Origin: Oscillospiraceae bacterium
GTDB lineage: Bacteria > Bacillota > Clostridia > Oscillospirales > Oscillospiraceae
NCBI GenBank assembly: GCA_017449185.1
Contig: JAFSJZ010000048.1
Coordinates: forward strand, 2,937 to 66,936
Direction: 5' to 3'
Length of the DNA stretch: 64,000 bases
In this document: piece by piece, positions 24,914-35,597 of the stretch
Layout: every line of letters starts with the position of its first letter
Numbering within the stretch: position 1 is the stretch's first letter
Position numbers and translations under genes: made by a program
Notes under the pieces: model-generated
Databases searched by the model: none
Told to the model about the DNA's origin: nothing
The model's input: only the letters and a program-made list of their open reading frames with translations

Positions 24914-24981
24914 ATAGTGGTAAAAATACATACTCAAATCCAAAATCGCGTATGTATTCAAAAAAAACAGGAGGAAATGAA

Positions 24982-27054
24982 ATGAAAAGATTTCTCGCAA
25001 TTCTTCTTGCAGTTGTGATGGTCCTCACCATGGCTGCCTGCGGTCAGCAGGCTGCCCCGGCGACGTCCGCCCCCGCTGCAGAAGCTCCGGCGGCTGAAGC
25101 CCCCGCGGCTGAAGCCCCCGCTGCCGAGGCCCCGGCCGAAGCTCCCGCGGAGCCCGAAGTGGTCGAGGAGCCCTATACCGGCCCCGACACCTATTCGATG
25201 ATCGCGAACTTCGACATCACCACGCTGGACTATGTTTACAACAACAAGTCCTCCAACGGTGACTACACCTGCAACTTCATCGAAGGCCTGATCACGCAGG
25301 ACTCCCACGGCACGCTGGTTCCCGGCATGGCCACCGAGTGGAGCCCCAACGCTGACGCCTCCGAGTGGACCTTCATCATCCGCGACGACGCGGTGTGGTC
25401 CACCAACAGCGGCGAAGAGTATGACGCTGTCACCGCCGAAGACTTCGTCACCGGCCTCAAGCATGCCGCTGACTCCAAGTCCGAGACTCTCGGCCTCGTC
25501 GCCGACCTGATCGTCGGTCTGCGCGCCTACTCCGAAGGCACCGGCGCTTGGGAAGACGTCGGCATCAAGGCTGACGGCAACAAGCTCGTCTACACCCTTA
25601 CCGGCCCCTGCGGCTACTTCGACGGCATGACCACCTACTCCATCCTGTGGCCGATCAACGCCGAGTTCCTCGAGTCCAAGGGTGAGGACTTCGGCGCCGT
25701 CCAGGCCGACTCCATCCTCTACAACGGCTGCTACATCCTGTCCTCCCTGGTTCCTGCCCAGGAGGTCCGCTTCGACGCCAACCCCAACTACTACGATGCT
25801 GACCACGTCTACGTCCAGCACGTCGTCGTTTCCTACTCCGACGGCCAGGATCCCGCCCAGAACTTCAACATGTTCGTCAACGGCGAGGTCACTGCCACCG
25901 CCATCAACAGCTCTCTGCCCGACGTCGTGGAGAAGGCCAATGAGCTCTATGCCGACAACCAGTACAAGAGCATGACCACCTCCACCTCCTTCTGGGGCGC
26001 CTTCAACTGGGACCGCCGTCTGTACAACCTGTACAACGATCCCTCTGTCTCCACCACCAGCAAGACCACCGATCAGCAGAAGGCTGACACCCATGCCGCC
26101 ATCCTGAACGCCAACTTCCGCCGTGCCGTCTACGCCGCCTACTCGGCTCACGCCGTTGAGGCCGTCACCCGCGGCGAGGAGCTTGCCGATGACGTCATCC
26201 GCAACACCCTTGTTCCCTACACCTTCTCCACGATGTCCGACGGCACGCCGATCGGCGCCCTCGTTGAGAAGTACGTTGCCGAGGCCGTTCCCGAATACGC
26301 CGGCATCAACCTCTCCGACGGCCAGGACGCCTGGTACAATCCCGAGCTGGCCAAGGTCTTCGCCGAGAAGGCCAAGGAAGAGCTGGGCGACAGCGTTGCC
26401 GAGTGGCCTGTCCACCTCGACGTCCCCGTGTATGCTGCTTCTGAGAACCAGAAGAACATGCAGCTCGCGTTCAAGAACTCCGTTGAAGCTGCGATCGGCG
26501 ATTACGTTGTGATCGACCTGCAGTACCTCGAGGGCAACTCCTCCGTCTACTACTCCGCGTTCTACAACCAGCCCGACGGCGTGTCCAACTCCATCGACGT
26601 CGTCTTCGGCGCCGGCTGGGGCCCGGACTACGGCGATCCTCTGACCTACCTGCACTGCTTCGACATCCATGACGGCGACATGCTGAACTACTCCGGCATC
26701 AACTACGAGAGCCAGGGCCAGGACGACGTTCAGAAGGAAGTCCTCAAGACCCTCGGCCTCGAGGAAGTCCAGGCCATCGTTGAGAAGGCCACCGTCGCTA
26801 CCGGCGACGAGCGTGTCGACCTGTTTGCTCAGGCCGAGGCCCTGCTCCTCGCCAACGGCATCCTGCGTCCTTACTCCACGAGCGGCGCCAGCCTCTCCGT
26901 CAGCAAGGTTCAGCCCTTCTCCGCTGCCTACGGCATGTACGGCCAGGCGTCCTGGAACCAGGTGCCTTACTTCAAGTACATGAAGCTCCTTGACGAGCCC
27001 GTTCTCGCTTCCGACTACTACGCTGCCAAGGAGGCTTGGCTGGCCGGCGAATAA
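24982..27054 (+). CDS. ABC transporter substrate-binding lipoprotein, family 5 (peptide/nickel, OppA-like)
   Basis: ATG at 24982 after AGGAGG. Lipobox LTMAAC. (AEAPA)n linker. Large SBP_bac_5-like body. Confidence 0.85.
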   Translation: MKRFLAILLAVVMVLTMAACGQQAAPATSAPAAEAPAAEAPAAEAPAAEAPAEAPAEPEVVEEPYTGPDTYSMIANFDITTLDYVYNNKSSNGDYTCNFIEGLITQDSHGTLVPGMATEWSPNADASEWTFIIRDDAVWSTNSGEEYDAVTAEDFVTGLKHAADSKSETLGLVADLIVGLRAYSEGTGAWEDVGIKADGNKLVYTLTGPCGYFDGMTTYSILWPINAEFLESKGEDFGAVQADSILYNGCYILSSLVPAQEVRFDANPNYYDADHVYVQHVVVSYSDGQDPAQNFNMFVNGEVTATAINSSLPDVVEKANELYADNQYKSMTTSTSFWGAFNWDRRLYNLYNDPSVSTTSKTTDQQKADTHAAILNANFRRAVYAAYSAHAVEAVTRGEELADDVIRNTLVPYTFSTMSDGTPIGALVEKYVAEAVPEYAGINLSDGQDAWYNPELAKVFAEKAKEELGDSVAEWPVHLDVPVYAASENQKNMQLAFKNSVEAAIGDYVVIDLQYLEGNSSVYYSAFYNQPDGVSNSIDVVFGAGWGPDYGDPLTYLHCFDIHDGDMLNYSGINYESQGQDDVQKEVLKTLGLEEVQAIVEKATVATGDERVDLFAQAEALLLANGILRPYSTSGASLSVSKVQPFSAAYGMYGQASWNQVPYFKYMKLLDEPVLASDYYAAKEAWLAGE

Positions 27055-27156
27055 GCCATCGGCTTATTCCGAAACAGCTTTGATTAACTAAACAGGGGGG
27101 AGCCAGACGAATCGCTTCTCTGGCTCCCTTCTTTCTAACCAAAGGAGCGGTGCCTT

Positions 27157-28656
27157 ATGCAAAAGGGCTATATATGGAGACGACTGGTCAGGTCGCTCAT
27201 TTCCATTGTGATCATCATGATCATCGTGTTCACGATGGTGTACACGATGGTGCCGCGCGAAAACATTTTCTTTGAGGACAGCACCTACCGCAAGCTGTCC
27301 AGCAAATCCGACGACAAGACGGAATACGTATATTCCACTTGGCAGAAGCTCGGCTATCTCGACTACGTGAGGGTCAACGATTACTGTCTCACGCTCTACG
27401 AGGCCGGCAGCCCGGAGATGGTCGCGGCCGTCGAGCCCGACTCTCCCGAGAGCCAGGACTTCGTGCGCATTTACTCCGAAAAGGGTTATTCGATCGCCAA
27501 ATACGAGATCAACGGCCGCTACTATGCCTATAAGGACATCCCGGTCATCAAGCAGATGGGCAAGTGGCTGTCCCAGATGATCGTGATCGATACGATCCAT
27601 TCCGTGAAGGATGAGAACAACCCCGATCTCGAGCGCAAGCTCTCCTTCGGCCGGACGCCTTCGGGCGGCCTCGCTCTCATCGGAAGCGGCTCTACCCACA
27701 AGTATCTGCTCTATACCGACAGCAGATTCCCGTGGATCCACCAGAATTTTATCAAGCTGAATCTCGGCACCTCCTACCCCACCTATCAGGGCCTCGAGGT
27801 GCTGCGGGTGCTGTTCCAGACCCAGGGCACTGAGGTCAAGCGCCACGTCGTCTTCGAGACGGGCTACGAGGCGGAATCCGGCATCAATTTCGGCACGCTG
27901 AAATATAAGCCCATCGTCGACAGAATGGACAGAAAGAAGTTCGTCGACAACTACGCCACATACGAGACCTTCAAGGACCAGCCCTCCATGGTCGGGACCT
28001 CCTTCACCATGGGCATCATCGCGATGCTGCTGGCATACGGCATCGGCCTGCCGGTCGGCATCCTGATGGCCCGCCGGAAGGACAAGCTGGCGGACAAGCT
28101 CGGCATGGCTTACATCATCTTCATCATCGCCGTGCCTTCGCTTGCCTATATCTATCTGTTCCGATACATCATGACGTCGATCACCGACCTGCCGTCGGTG
28201 TTCACCACCTACGGCCCGGCCGACGTACGCTCCTGGATCCTGCCGGTCATCTCGCTGGCCATGCCCTCGATCGCCGGCCTCATGCTGTGGTCGCGGCGCT
28301 ACATCGTCGACCAGATGAACACCGACTACGTCAAGTTCGCCAAGTCGAAGGGCCTGAACCAGCGCGAGATCTTCAACCGGCACATCTTCAAGAACGCCAT
28401 CATCCCGATCGCGCACGGCATCCCCACCTCGCTGGCCGGCTGCATCACCGGCGCCCTGATCACCGAGTCGATCTATTCCGTCGGCGGCATGGGCAAGATG
28501 CTGCCGAACGCGATCCGGCAGTACAACAACGTGATGGTCATCGCCCTCGCGTTCATGTTCTCCGGCATCTTCATTCTCTCGGTCCTGCTGGGCGACGTTC
28601 TGATCACGAAGATCGATCCGCGTATTTCACTCAGTGAGAAAGCAGGGAGGTCGTAA
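27157..28656 (+). CDS. ABC transporter permease (OppB/DppB-like) with a very long first extracytoplasmic loop
   Basis: 499 aa: TM1, an approximately 245-aa loop, then a typical BPD_transp_1 core (EAA-like YVKFAKSKGL). Confidence 0.85.
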   Translation: MQKGYIWRRLVRSLISIVIIMIIVFTMVYTMVPRENIFFEDSTYRKLSSKSDDKTEYVYSTWQKLGYLDYVRVNDYCLTLYEAGSPEMVAAVEPDSPESQDFVRIYSEKGYSIAKYEINGRYYAYKDIPVIKQMGKWLSQMIVIDTIHSVKDENNPDLERKLSFGRTPSGGLALIGSGSTHKYLLYTDSRFPWIHQNFIKLNLGTSYPTYQGLEVLRVLFQTQGTEVKRHVVFETGYEAESGINFGTLKYKPIVDRMDRKKFVDNYATYETFKDQPSMVGTSFTMGIIAMLLAYGIGLPVGILMARRKDKLADKLGMAYIIFIIAVPSLAYIYLFRYIMTSITDLPSVFTTYGPADVRSWILPVISLAMPSIAGLMLWSRRYIVDQMNTDYVKFAKSKGLNQREIFNRHIFKNAIIPIAHGIPTSLAGCITGALITESIYSVGGMGKMLPNAIRQYNNVMVIALAFMFSGIFILSVLLGDVLITKIDPRISLSEKAGRS

Positions 28657-28658
28657 AC

Positions 28659-29585
28659 ATGGATACGGAAAACCTGAATCTGTTTGAGTTTGCGGCCTTT
28701 GACGAGCTCGAATCCGAGCACATCGCCGCCCCCCGCTATTCCTACTGGAAATCCGTCTGGAGGACCTTCTTCCGCAGCAAATTCACGGTCGCCGTGTCGA
28801 TCCTGATGGTCGCGCTCGTGCTCTTCGCGCTGATCCAGCCGCTCTATTCCGGTTACGATCCGAAGGTCGCGCCCAACATCAACGACCCGGACATGAAGTT
28901 CCTCACCCCCAGCGCCAAGCATATTTTCGGCACGGACAACATCGGCAACGAGGTCTTCGACGCGGTCTGGGCCGGCGCCCGCAACTCGATCATCGTCAGC
29001 TTCGCTGCGACGGGCATCAACATGGTCATCGGCGTGCTGGTCGGCGCGGTGTGGGGCTTTTCCAAGAAAATGGACAAGTGGATGATCGAGATCTACAACG
29101 TCATCGCCAACATCCCCTTCCTGCTGCTGGCCATGATCCTGTCCTACGTGCTGGGCGCGGGCATGTGCTCGCTGATCATCACGATGACCTGCACGAGCTG
29201 GATCGTTGTCGCCTACTTTATCCGCACCCAGGTCATGATCATCCGCGACCGCGAGTACAACCTGGCATCCAAGTGCCTCGGCACGAGTACCTGGACGATC
29301 ATCACCAAGAACATCCTGCCCTATCTCGTCTCGGTCATCATGACCTATGTGGCCCGCGAGATCCCCACGGTCATTTCCTATGAGGTGTTCCTGTCCTACC
29401 TGGGTCTCGGCCTCGGCGCGTCGAACGCCTCGCTCGGCCGCATGATCTCGCTGTACACCTCGTTCATGAAGGGCTATCCGCACCTGTTCTGGATCCCCGT
29501 CAGCGTCGTCGCGATCCTCTCCATCTCCCTGTATATCGTGGGACAGAAGCTCGCCGACGCGACCGATCCGCGCACGCATATGTAA
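28659..29585 (+). CDS. ABC transporter permease (OppC/DppC-like)
   Basis: 308 aa, GGGAGG RBS, OppC-type N-terminus and permease core. Confidence 0.9.
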   Translation: MDTENLNLFEFAAFDELESEHIAAPRYSYWKSVWRTFFRSKFTVAVSILMVALVLFALIQPLYSGYDPKVAPNINDPDMKFLTPSAKHIFGTDNIGNEVFDAVWAGARNSIIVSFAATGINMVIGVLVGAVWGFSKKMDKWMIEIYNVIANIPFLLLAMILSYVLGAGMCSLIITMTCTSWIVVAYFIRTQVMIIRDREYNLASKCLGTSTWTIITKNILPYLVSVIMTYVAREIPTVISYEVFLSYLGLGLGASNASLGRMISLYTSFMKGYPHLFWIPVSVVAILSISLYIVGQKLADATDPRTHM

Positions 29586-29598
29586 GGGGGGCAGGACA

Positions 29599-30672
29599 AT
29601 GGACGAAAACAGAAACGTGATCATTTCCGCCAAGGACGTCGAGGTCAAGTTCCGCGTACGCGACAACTATCTCACGGCGATCCGCAACGTCTCCCTTGAC
29701 CTCTACGAGGGCGAGACCTTCGCCATCGTGGGCGAGTCCGGCTCCGGCAAATCCGTCTTTACCAAGACCTTTACCGGCATGCTGGAATCCAACGGCATGA
29801 TCTCGAACGGCTCGGTCATGTTCCACGGCATCGATCTGACCAAGCTCAAGACCGACAAGGACTGGGAAGGCATCCGCGGCGCGAAGATCTCCACGATTTT
29901 CCAGGACCCGATGACCTCCCTCAACCCCCTGCGCACGATCGGCTATCAGATCACCGAGGTCATCGAGAAGCACCAGAAGATCTCGAAGGCCGAGGCGAAA
30001 AAGCAGGCCATCGACATCATGGAGCGCGTCGGCATCCCCAACGCGGCCGACCGCTTTGACGAGTATCCCTTCCAGTATTCCGGCGGCATGCGCCAGCGCA
30101 TCGTCATCGCGATCGCGCTTTCCTGCCACCCGGAGATCCTGATCTGCGACGAGCCGACGACGGCTCTGGACGTCACGATCCAGGCGCAGATCATCGCTCT
30201 GATCCGCGATCTGCAGAAGGAGCTGGGCTTCACCACGCTCTACATCACGCACGACCTCGGCGTCGTGGCCAACGTGGCCGACCGCGTCGGCGTCATGTAC
30301 GGCGGCCAGATCATCGAGTACGGCACGGTCGAGGAGATCTTCTTCGACCCGAAGCACCCCTACACCTGGGCGCTGCTGTCCTCGCTGCCGCAGCTCGGCG
30401 TGAAGGGACAGGATCTGTACTACATCACCGGCACGCCGCCCTCTCTGTACAACAAGATCAAGGGCGACGCCTTCGCTCCGCGCAACGAGCGCGCGCTCAA
30501 GATCGACTTCGAGCAGGAGCCGCCGTTCTTCAAGGTGAGCGATACCCACTATGCCAAGACCTGGCTGCTTGATCCGCGTGCGCCGAAGCTGGAGAAGCCG
30601 GAGGCGATCCGCAATCTGCACGAAAAGATCAAGGGAATGACGGACAAGGGAGGTGCTTTCCATGTCGAATGA
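29599..30672 (+). CDS. ABC transporter ATP-binding protein (OppD-like)
   Basis: Walker A GESGSGKS, signature FSGGMRQR, Walker [12 protein letters not shown], and an oligopeptide C-terminal extension. Confidence 0.9.
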   Translation: MDENRNVIISAKDVEVKFRVRDNYLTAIRNVSLDLYEGETFAIVGESGSGKSVFTKTFTGMLESNGMISNGSVMFHGIDLTKLKTDKDWEGIRGAKISTIFQDPMTSLNPLRTIGYQITEVIEKHQKISKAEAKKQAIDIMERVGIPNAADRFDEYPFQYSGGMRQRIVIAIALSCHPEILICDEPTTALDVTIQAQIIALIRDLQKELGFTTLYITHDLGVVANVADRVGVMYGGQIIEYGTVEEIFFDPKHPYTWALLSSLPQLGVKGQDLYYITGTPPSLYNKIKGDAFAPRNERALKIDFEQEPPFFKVSDTHYAKTWLLDPRAPKLEKPEAIRNLHEKIKGMTDKGGAFHVE

Positions 30673-31624
30673 AGACAGAGAAGTGATCCTGTCCATCAAG
30701 CATGTGGACGTGACCTTTGAAACGGGGCATAAGAAGAAGCTCGTCGCCGTCAAGGATGCGAACTTCGACATCTACAAGGGCGAGACCTTCGCCCTGGTGG
30801 GCGAGTCCGGCTCCGGCAAAACGACGCTCGGCCGCGCGATCATGCGCATCAATCCCTGCAGCGCCGGCGAGATCGACTTCGAGGGCAAGCGCATCTCCGG
30901 CAAGATCTCCCGTGAAGAGGACCGCAACGTGGTCCGCAACATCCAGATGATCTTCCAGGATCCCGCCGCGTCTCTCAACGAGCGCGCCACGATCGAGTAC
31001 TGCGTCTCCGAGGGCCTGTACAACTTCCATCTCTACAAGGATGAGGAGGACAGACTCGCCAAGGTGGACCGCGCGCTCGAGTCCGTGGGTCTGCTGCCCG
31101 AGCACAAATCCCGCTATCCGCACGAGTTCTCCGGCGGCCAGCGTCAGCGTGTCGGCATCGCGCGCGCCATGATCATGGACCCGAAGTTCATCGTCGCGGA
31201 CGAGCCGATCTCCGCGCTGGACGTCTCGATCCGCGCGCAGGTGCTCAACCTGATGAACAAGCTCAAGGCCGAAAGGAACCTGACCTATCTCTTCATCGCG
31301 CACGACCTGTCCGTCGTCCGCTTCATCGCAGACCGGATCGCGGTCATCCATCTCGGCGAGATCGTCGAGATCGCCGAATCCGAGACGCTGTTCAAGTACC
31401 CGATGCACCCCTATACGACCTCGCTGCTCTCCGCGGTGCCGATGCCGGACCCGGTCGTGGAAAAGACCAGAAAGCACATCGTCTACGATCCCTCCGTGCT
31501 CGACCAATCGGGCGAAAAACGCGAGATGCGCGAGATCCGCCCCGGCCATTTCGTCTTCTGCACGAGCAAAGAGTTCGAAGGCTACGAAGCGAAAATGGCT
31601 CAGATGGAGCAGGAAAAGGGCTGA
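30662..31624 (+). CDS. ABC transporter ATP-binding protein (OppF-like)
   Basis: ATG at 30662 after [34 protein letters not shown]. Confidence 0.9.
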   Translation: MSNEDREVILSIKHVDVTFETGHKKKLVAVKDANFDIYKGETFALVGESGSGKTTLGRAIMRINPCSAGEIDFEGKRISGKISREEDRNVVRNIQMIFQDPAASLNERATIEYCVSEGLYNFHLYKDEEDRLAKVDRALESVGLLPEHKSRYPHEFSGGQRQRVGIARAMIMDPKFIVADEPISALDVSIRAQVLNLMNKLKAERNLTYLFIAHDLSVVRFIADRIAVIHLGEIVEIAESETLFKYPMHPYTTSLLSAVPMPDPVVEKTRKHIVYDPSVLDQSGEKREMREIRPGHFVFCTSKEFEGYEAKMAQMEQEKG

Positions 31625-31640
31625 AAGTCTCAAAAAAGCA

Positions 31641-31682
31641 AAAAAGAAGATCAAACCGTTCCGGTTTGATCTTCTTTTTTTG
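31641..31682. terminator. Bidirectional intrinsic terminator
   Basis: aaaaaagaagatcaaaccg-ttc-cggtttgatcttcttttttt. Confidence 0.75.
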
Positions 31683-31693
31683 ATTCCGATCGC

Positions 31694-32098
31694 TCAGGAC
31701 AGAAAACCCCAGGCGAGCACGGCCGAGACAGCCAGACTCAGGATCCCGAGAAAGAGCGGATAATTGAAGGCCTCCGCCCGCTTTTCCTTCGCCTCGCTGA
31801 GATAATCGACGATGGCCTCCTGCTTCGCGGGATCGCTGCCGCGCCGCGTGAAGAGACGGCCGATGCCCCGCGCGCCGCGCTGGAGATAGAAGGCGCTGAG
31901 ATCGAAGTCGCCGTGCAGGATCATCGAGTAAAGGACGCCGATGATCACCAGGATCAGGCCGATCACGGTCAGGCCGTTCGTAAAGTACAGAAGACGGTTG
32001 TTTTGGACGGAGAAGGCCTTGATGATCGGATAAGCCAGCGTGATGACCACCTGGGGGATCAGGACCTGCAGCCGGATATTTCTGAATCTTTTGAACAT
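31694..32098 (-). CDS. DUF3899-like small membrane protein
   Basis: About 134 aa from the ATG at 32098. Three or four TM helices. The domain assignment is from memory of the family. Confidence 0.6.
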   Translation of the reverse strand: MFKRFRNIRLQVLIPQVVITLAYPIIKAFSVQNNRLLYFTNGLTVIGLILVIIGVLYSMILHGDFDLSAFYLQRGARGIGRLFTRRGSDPAKQEAIVDYLSEAKEKRAEAFNYPLFLGILSLAVSAVLAWGFLS

Positions 32099-32263
32099 CG
32101 TTTTATCCACCTTGAGCAAGAACACGTCAATGTCGGCCCGCCGCTGCGGGCCGACCCCATTTTAACAGAGGCGGAGCGCCCGCGTCAACACAAAGCATCG
32201 CCTTGCCAGGAAAAGGCATCGGTGATATAATATGCTTATCTATCGTTAAGGAAGGGATCAGGC

Positions 32264-33946
32264 ATGGCGAAGAGCGATTGGTACAAGAATATGTCCGTCT
32301 ATCAGATCTGGCCGCGCAGCTTCTGCGACGGAAACGGCGACGGCATCGGCGACCTGTGGGGCGTGCTGGAGAAGCTGGATTATATCAAATCCCTGAATGT
32401 GGACGCAATCTGGTTTTCGCCGCTCTTTCCCTCTCCGAACGCCGACTACGGCTACGATATCTCGGACTACATGGACATCCACCCCGACTACGGCAACCTT
32501 GAGGTCTTCCGGAAGGTGCTGGACGGGGCGCACGCGCGCGGCCTGAAGGTGTTCATGGATCTCGTCGTCAACCACACTTCCGACGAGCACAAATGGTTTA
32601 TCGAGAGCCGCAGGGACAAGTCGAGCCCCTACCACGACTACTACTTCTGGCGCAAGGGCAGACGCACGCGCGGCGGCCATCGCCTCCCGCCCAACAACTG
32701 GTCCAGCGTCTTCGAGGGCGGCGCCTGGGAATACGACGCGACGCTCGACGAGTACTATCTGCACGTCTTCGCCAAAAAGCAGCCGGATCTGAACATGGCC
32801 AACCCCCGCGTGCGCGAAGAGGTCAAGAATATCCTGCGCTTCTGGCTGAACATGGGGGTGGACGGCTTCCGCGAGGACGTCATCACCTTCATCGCCAAGG
32901 ACGAGGGCCTGCCGAGCTCCTACCCGCCGCTGCCTGTGGCCAACGGCGTCAACCACTACGTCAACCGCCCGAAGGCGCATGCATATCTCAAGGAATTCAA
33001 ACGCGACGTGCTGGACTTCTATGACTGCTTCACCGTCGGCGAGAGCCCCATGACCACCGCGGAGGTCGCGCTCAGCTACGTGGCCGAGGGCGAGAACAAG
33101 GTCCTTGACGAGATGATCTCCTTCAAGCACATGGAAGCGGACTGCTTCATGCTTGACATGCTGCAGCTGCCCTTCAACCTGGTGAAGATGAAGCGCGCCT
33201 TTACAGAGTGGCAGGAAAAGCTGCAGGGAAAGGCCTGGAACGCGCTCTACATCGAAAACCACGACCATCCGCGCATCATCAGCCGCTACGGAAGCGAGGA
33301 ATACCGCACCGAAAGCGGCAAAATGCTCGCGGCCATGTACATCCTCCAGCAGGGCACGCCCTTTATCTACCAGGGTCAGGAGATTGGCATGCTCAATATC
33401 AATCTCCCGGAGCTGAGCATGTATAAGGACGTGATGGCGCAGAACAATATCGACGTCGCCACGCGCTTCATGCCGCGCTCGACGGCGATGAAGCTGCTTG
33501 CGCGCTCTTCCCGCGACAACGCCCGCACGCCCGTCCAGTGGTCGGCGGAGGAGAACGCCGGCTTCACGACCGGCACGCCCTGGTTCTTCGTCAACGAGAA
33601 CTATCGCGAGATCAACGTCGCGCAGCAGGAGGACGATCCGAACTCGCTGCTGAACTTCTACCGCAGGGTCCTGAAGTTCAAAAAGGAAACGCCTGTAGCC
33701 GTCTGGGGCGATTACAAAGAGTATTTTCCAAAGGATAAAAACTTCTACGTCTATGAACGAAGCTACGAGGGAAGGCGGCTTCTCGTGATCTGCTCGTTCA
33801 GCAAAAAGCTGCTGCGCTTTGAGGCTCCGGAAGGCTTTGATCTGGAGAAGGGCGAGCTGGTGCTCTCCAACTACGAGAACAATTTCGTCATCATGAACGG
33901 CTTCACCTCACATCCCTACGAAATGAGAGTGTATTACTTTGAGTGA
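32264..33946 (+). CDS. GH13 alpha-glucosidase / oligo-1,6-glucosidase-type enzyme
   Basis: YQIWPRSFCDGNGDGIGD, DLVVNHTS, GVDGFREDV, ENHDHPR conserved regions I-IV. Confidence 0.9.
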   Translation: MAKSDWYKNMSVYQIWPRSFCDGNGDGIGDLWGVLEKLDYIKSLNVDAIWFSPLFPSPNADYGYDISDYMDIHPDYGNLEVFRKVLDGAHARGLKVFMDLVVNHTSDEHKWFIESRRDKSSPYHDYYFWRKGRRTRGGHRLPPNNWSSVFEGGAWEYDATLDEYYLHVFAKKQPDLNMANPRVREEVKNILRFWLNMGVDGFREDVITFIAKDEGLPSSYPPLPVANGVNHYVNRPKAHAYLKEFKRDVLDFYDCFTVGESPMTTAEVALSYVAEGENKVLDEMISFKHMEADCFMLDMLQLPFNLVKMKRAFTEWQEKLQGKAWNALYIENHDHPRIISRYGSEEYRTESGKMLAAMYILQQGTPFIYQGQEIGMLNINLPELSMYKDVMAQNNIDVATRFMPRSTAMKLLARSSRDNARTPVQWSAEENAGFTTGTPWFFVNENYREINVAQQEDDPNSLLNFYRRVLKFKKETPVAVWGDYKEYFPKDKNFYVYERSYEGRRLLVICSFSKKLLRFEAPEGFDLEKGELVLSNYENNFVIMNGFTSHPYEMRVYYFE

Positions 33947-34826
33947 TCAAGCCCCTGCTTTTCCGATCACGGAAAAGGCCTACGCCAAGCTGAATATCTC
34001 TCTGGACGTCACCGCACGGCGTGCCGACGGCTATCACGACATGCTCATGATCATGCAGACAGTCTCGCTCTGCGACGAGCTGACGATCACGCCGGAGAGC
34101 GACGGGAACGTCTTTGCCGCTTCCGGTCTGCCCTACGTGCCGGGGGACAAGCGCAATCTCGCCGTGCGCGCCGCGCTGAAATATCTCGAGCTCGTCGGCG
34201 ACGAAGGGCGCGGCATGAAGATCGCGCTGCGCAAGCGCATTCCCGTCGGCGCGGGCATGGCAGGCGGCTCGGCGGACGCGGCGGCGGTGCTGCGCGCGCT
34301 CAACCGCGCCTACGGCGAGCCGCTCACGGCCGAGGAGCTGTGCGCTGCGGGGCAGACCGTGGGCTCGGACGTGGCCTTCTGCCTGCGGGGCGGCACAGCG
34401 CTGGCCTCCGGACGCGGCGAGATCCTCACGCCGCTCGCAGCGCTGCCGGACTGCCGCTTTGTCATCTGCAAGCCGGATTTTTCGATCTCGACACCGGAGC
34501 TCTTCAAAAAACTCGACGAGAGCAGGACAAGCTGTCATCCGGACACCGACGGCCTGCTTGCCGCGCTCGGGAGAGGGGATCTCGACGGCATCTGCCGCAG
34601 GATGTACAACGTCTTTGAGGACGTGCCCGATCGCCGCATGCGTACGATCCGCGCGGCGAAGGGGGCGCTGCTGGACTGCGGCGCACTCGGCGCGCTCATG
34701 ACCGGGACGGGCTCGGCCGTGTTCGGGGTCTTCCGCGATGCGGAGCGGGCTGAGAGAGCCCGCGCGGAGCTTGCAAAGGAGTATCGCTTCTGCTGTACGG
34801 CCGTGGCCGTCGGAGCGCAGCTGTAA
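33939..34826 (+). CDS. ispE: 4-(cytidine 5'-diphospho)-2-C-methyl-D-erythritol kinase
   Basis: AYAKLNISLDV..RADGYH, and GHMP motif PVGAGMAGGSADAAAV. TTG start overlapping the upstream stop. Confidence 0.9.
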   Translation: MSDQAPAFPITEKAYAKLNISLDVTARRADGYHDMLMIMQTVSLCDELTITPESDGNVFAASGLPYVPGDKRNLAVRAALKYLELVGDEGRGMKIALRKRIPVGAGMAGGSADAAAVLRALNRAYGEPLTAEELCAAGQTVGSDVAFCLRGGTALASGRGEILTPLAALPDCRFVICKPDFSISTPELFKKLDESRTSCHPDTDGLLAALGRGDLDGICRRMYNVFEDVPDRRMRTIRAAKGALLDCGALGALMTGTGSAVFGVFRDAERAERARAELAKEYRFCCTAVAVGAQL

Positions 34827-34845
34827 ACAGAAGAATAAAAAGAAC

Positions 34846-34892
34846 AAAAACCGCCGATACTGTGTGTGAATACACAGCAAAGGCGGTTTTTT
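34846..34892 (+). terminator. Intrinsic terminator after ispE
   Basis: aaaaaccgcc...ggcggtttttt with an inner hairpin ctgtgtg/cacacag. Confidence 0.6.
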
Positions 34893-35492
34893 ATGTCTGA
34901 ACATACGCAAAGCCGTTTCAGGGCATGGGAGACGGCGCTGCTCTGCGCGCTGTGCCTCACGCTGCTCTGCGCCGTGTGGGCGCAGGGACGCACGGAGACG
35001 ATCGACTCCGCGCTCGTACGGCTTCACGTCCTCGCGGTCAACGACAGCCAAGCGGAGCAGGAGATCAAGCTGCGCGTGCGAGACGCGGTGCTGGCGTATC
35101 TGACGCCGCGCCTCGAGGACGCGGAGAGCAAGGCGGAGACAAAAGAGATCCTCGCCGATTCGCTCGGCGGGATCCGCCGCGCCGCCGCGTCCGCCGCAGA
35201 AGGAAGGCCCGTCACGGTCACACTGACGCGGGAGAGCTATCCCACGCGGACTTACGGCGCGCTCAGCCTGCCCGTCGGAGAGTATGATTCGCTGCGCGTG
35301 ATTCTCGGCGAAGGGGCGGGGCATAACTGGTGGTGCGTCGTGTTCCCGCCGCTGTGCATGAGCCTCGAGAGCACGGAAGAACTGGAAGAGGCGGTCGGAG
35401 AGAAGACATTTGAGATCCTCTCGTCCGACGGCACGACCGCTTATCGCTTCCGGCTGCTCGAACTCTGGGGGAAGATAGTTTCTAGTTTCTAG
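34893..35492 (+). CDS. spoIIR: Stage II sporulation protein R
   Basis: VRLHVLAVNDSQAEQEIKLRVRDAVL... and NWWCVVFPPLC are hallmark motifs. The start could be ATG 34893 or GTG 34866. Confidence 0.85.
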   Translation: MSEHTQSRFRAWETALLCALCLTLLCAVWAQGRTETIDSALVRLHVLAVNDSQAEQEIKLRVRDAVLAYLTPRLEDAESKAETKEILADSLGGIRRAAASAAEGRPVTVTLTRESYPTRTYGALSLPVGEYDSLRVILGEGAGHNWWCVVFPPLCMSLESTEELEEAVGEKTFEILSSDGTTAYRFRLLELWGKIVSSF

Positions 35493-35597
35493 ATTCTGGT
35501 TTCCAGCACCCGAGGACGAAGATTTGCAAAAAGGGACTGCTGCGAAATCGCAGCAGTCCCTTTTACCAGACACTAGATACTAGATACCAGACACTAG
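35476..35597. repeat. CTAG-rich palindromic-arm element around a bidirectional terminator (copy 2)
   Basis: Left arm tagtttctagtttctagattctggtttccag (35476..35506), terminator 35527..35564, right arm ccagacactagatactagataccagacactag (35566..35597). Homologous to 7356..7478. Confidence 0.65.
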
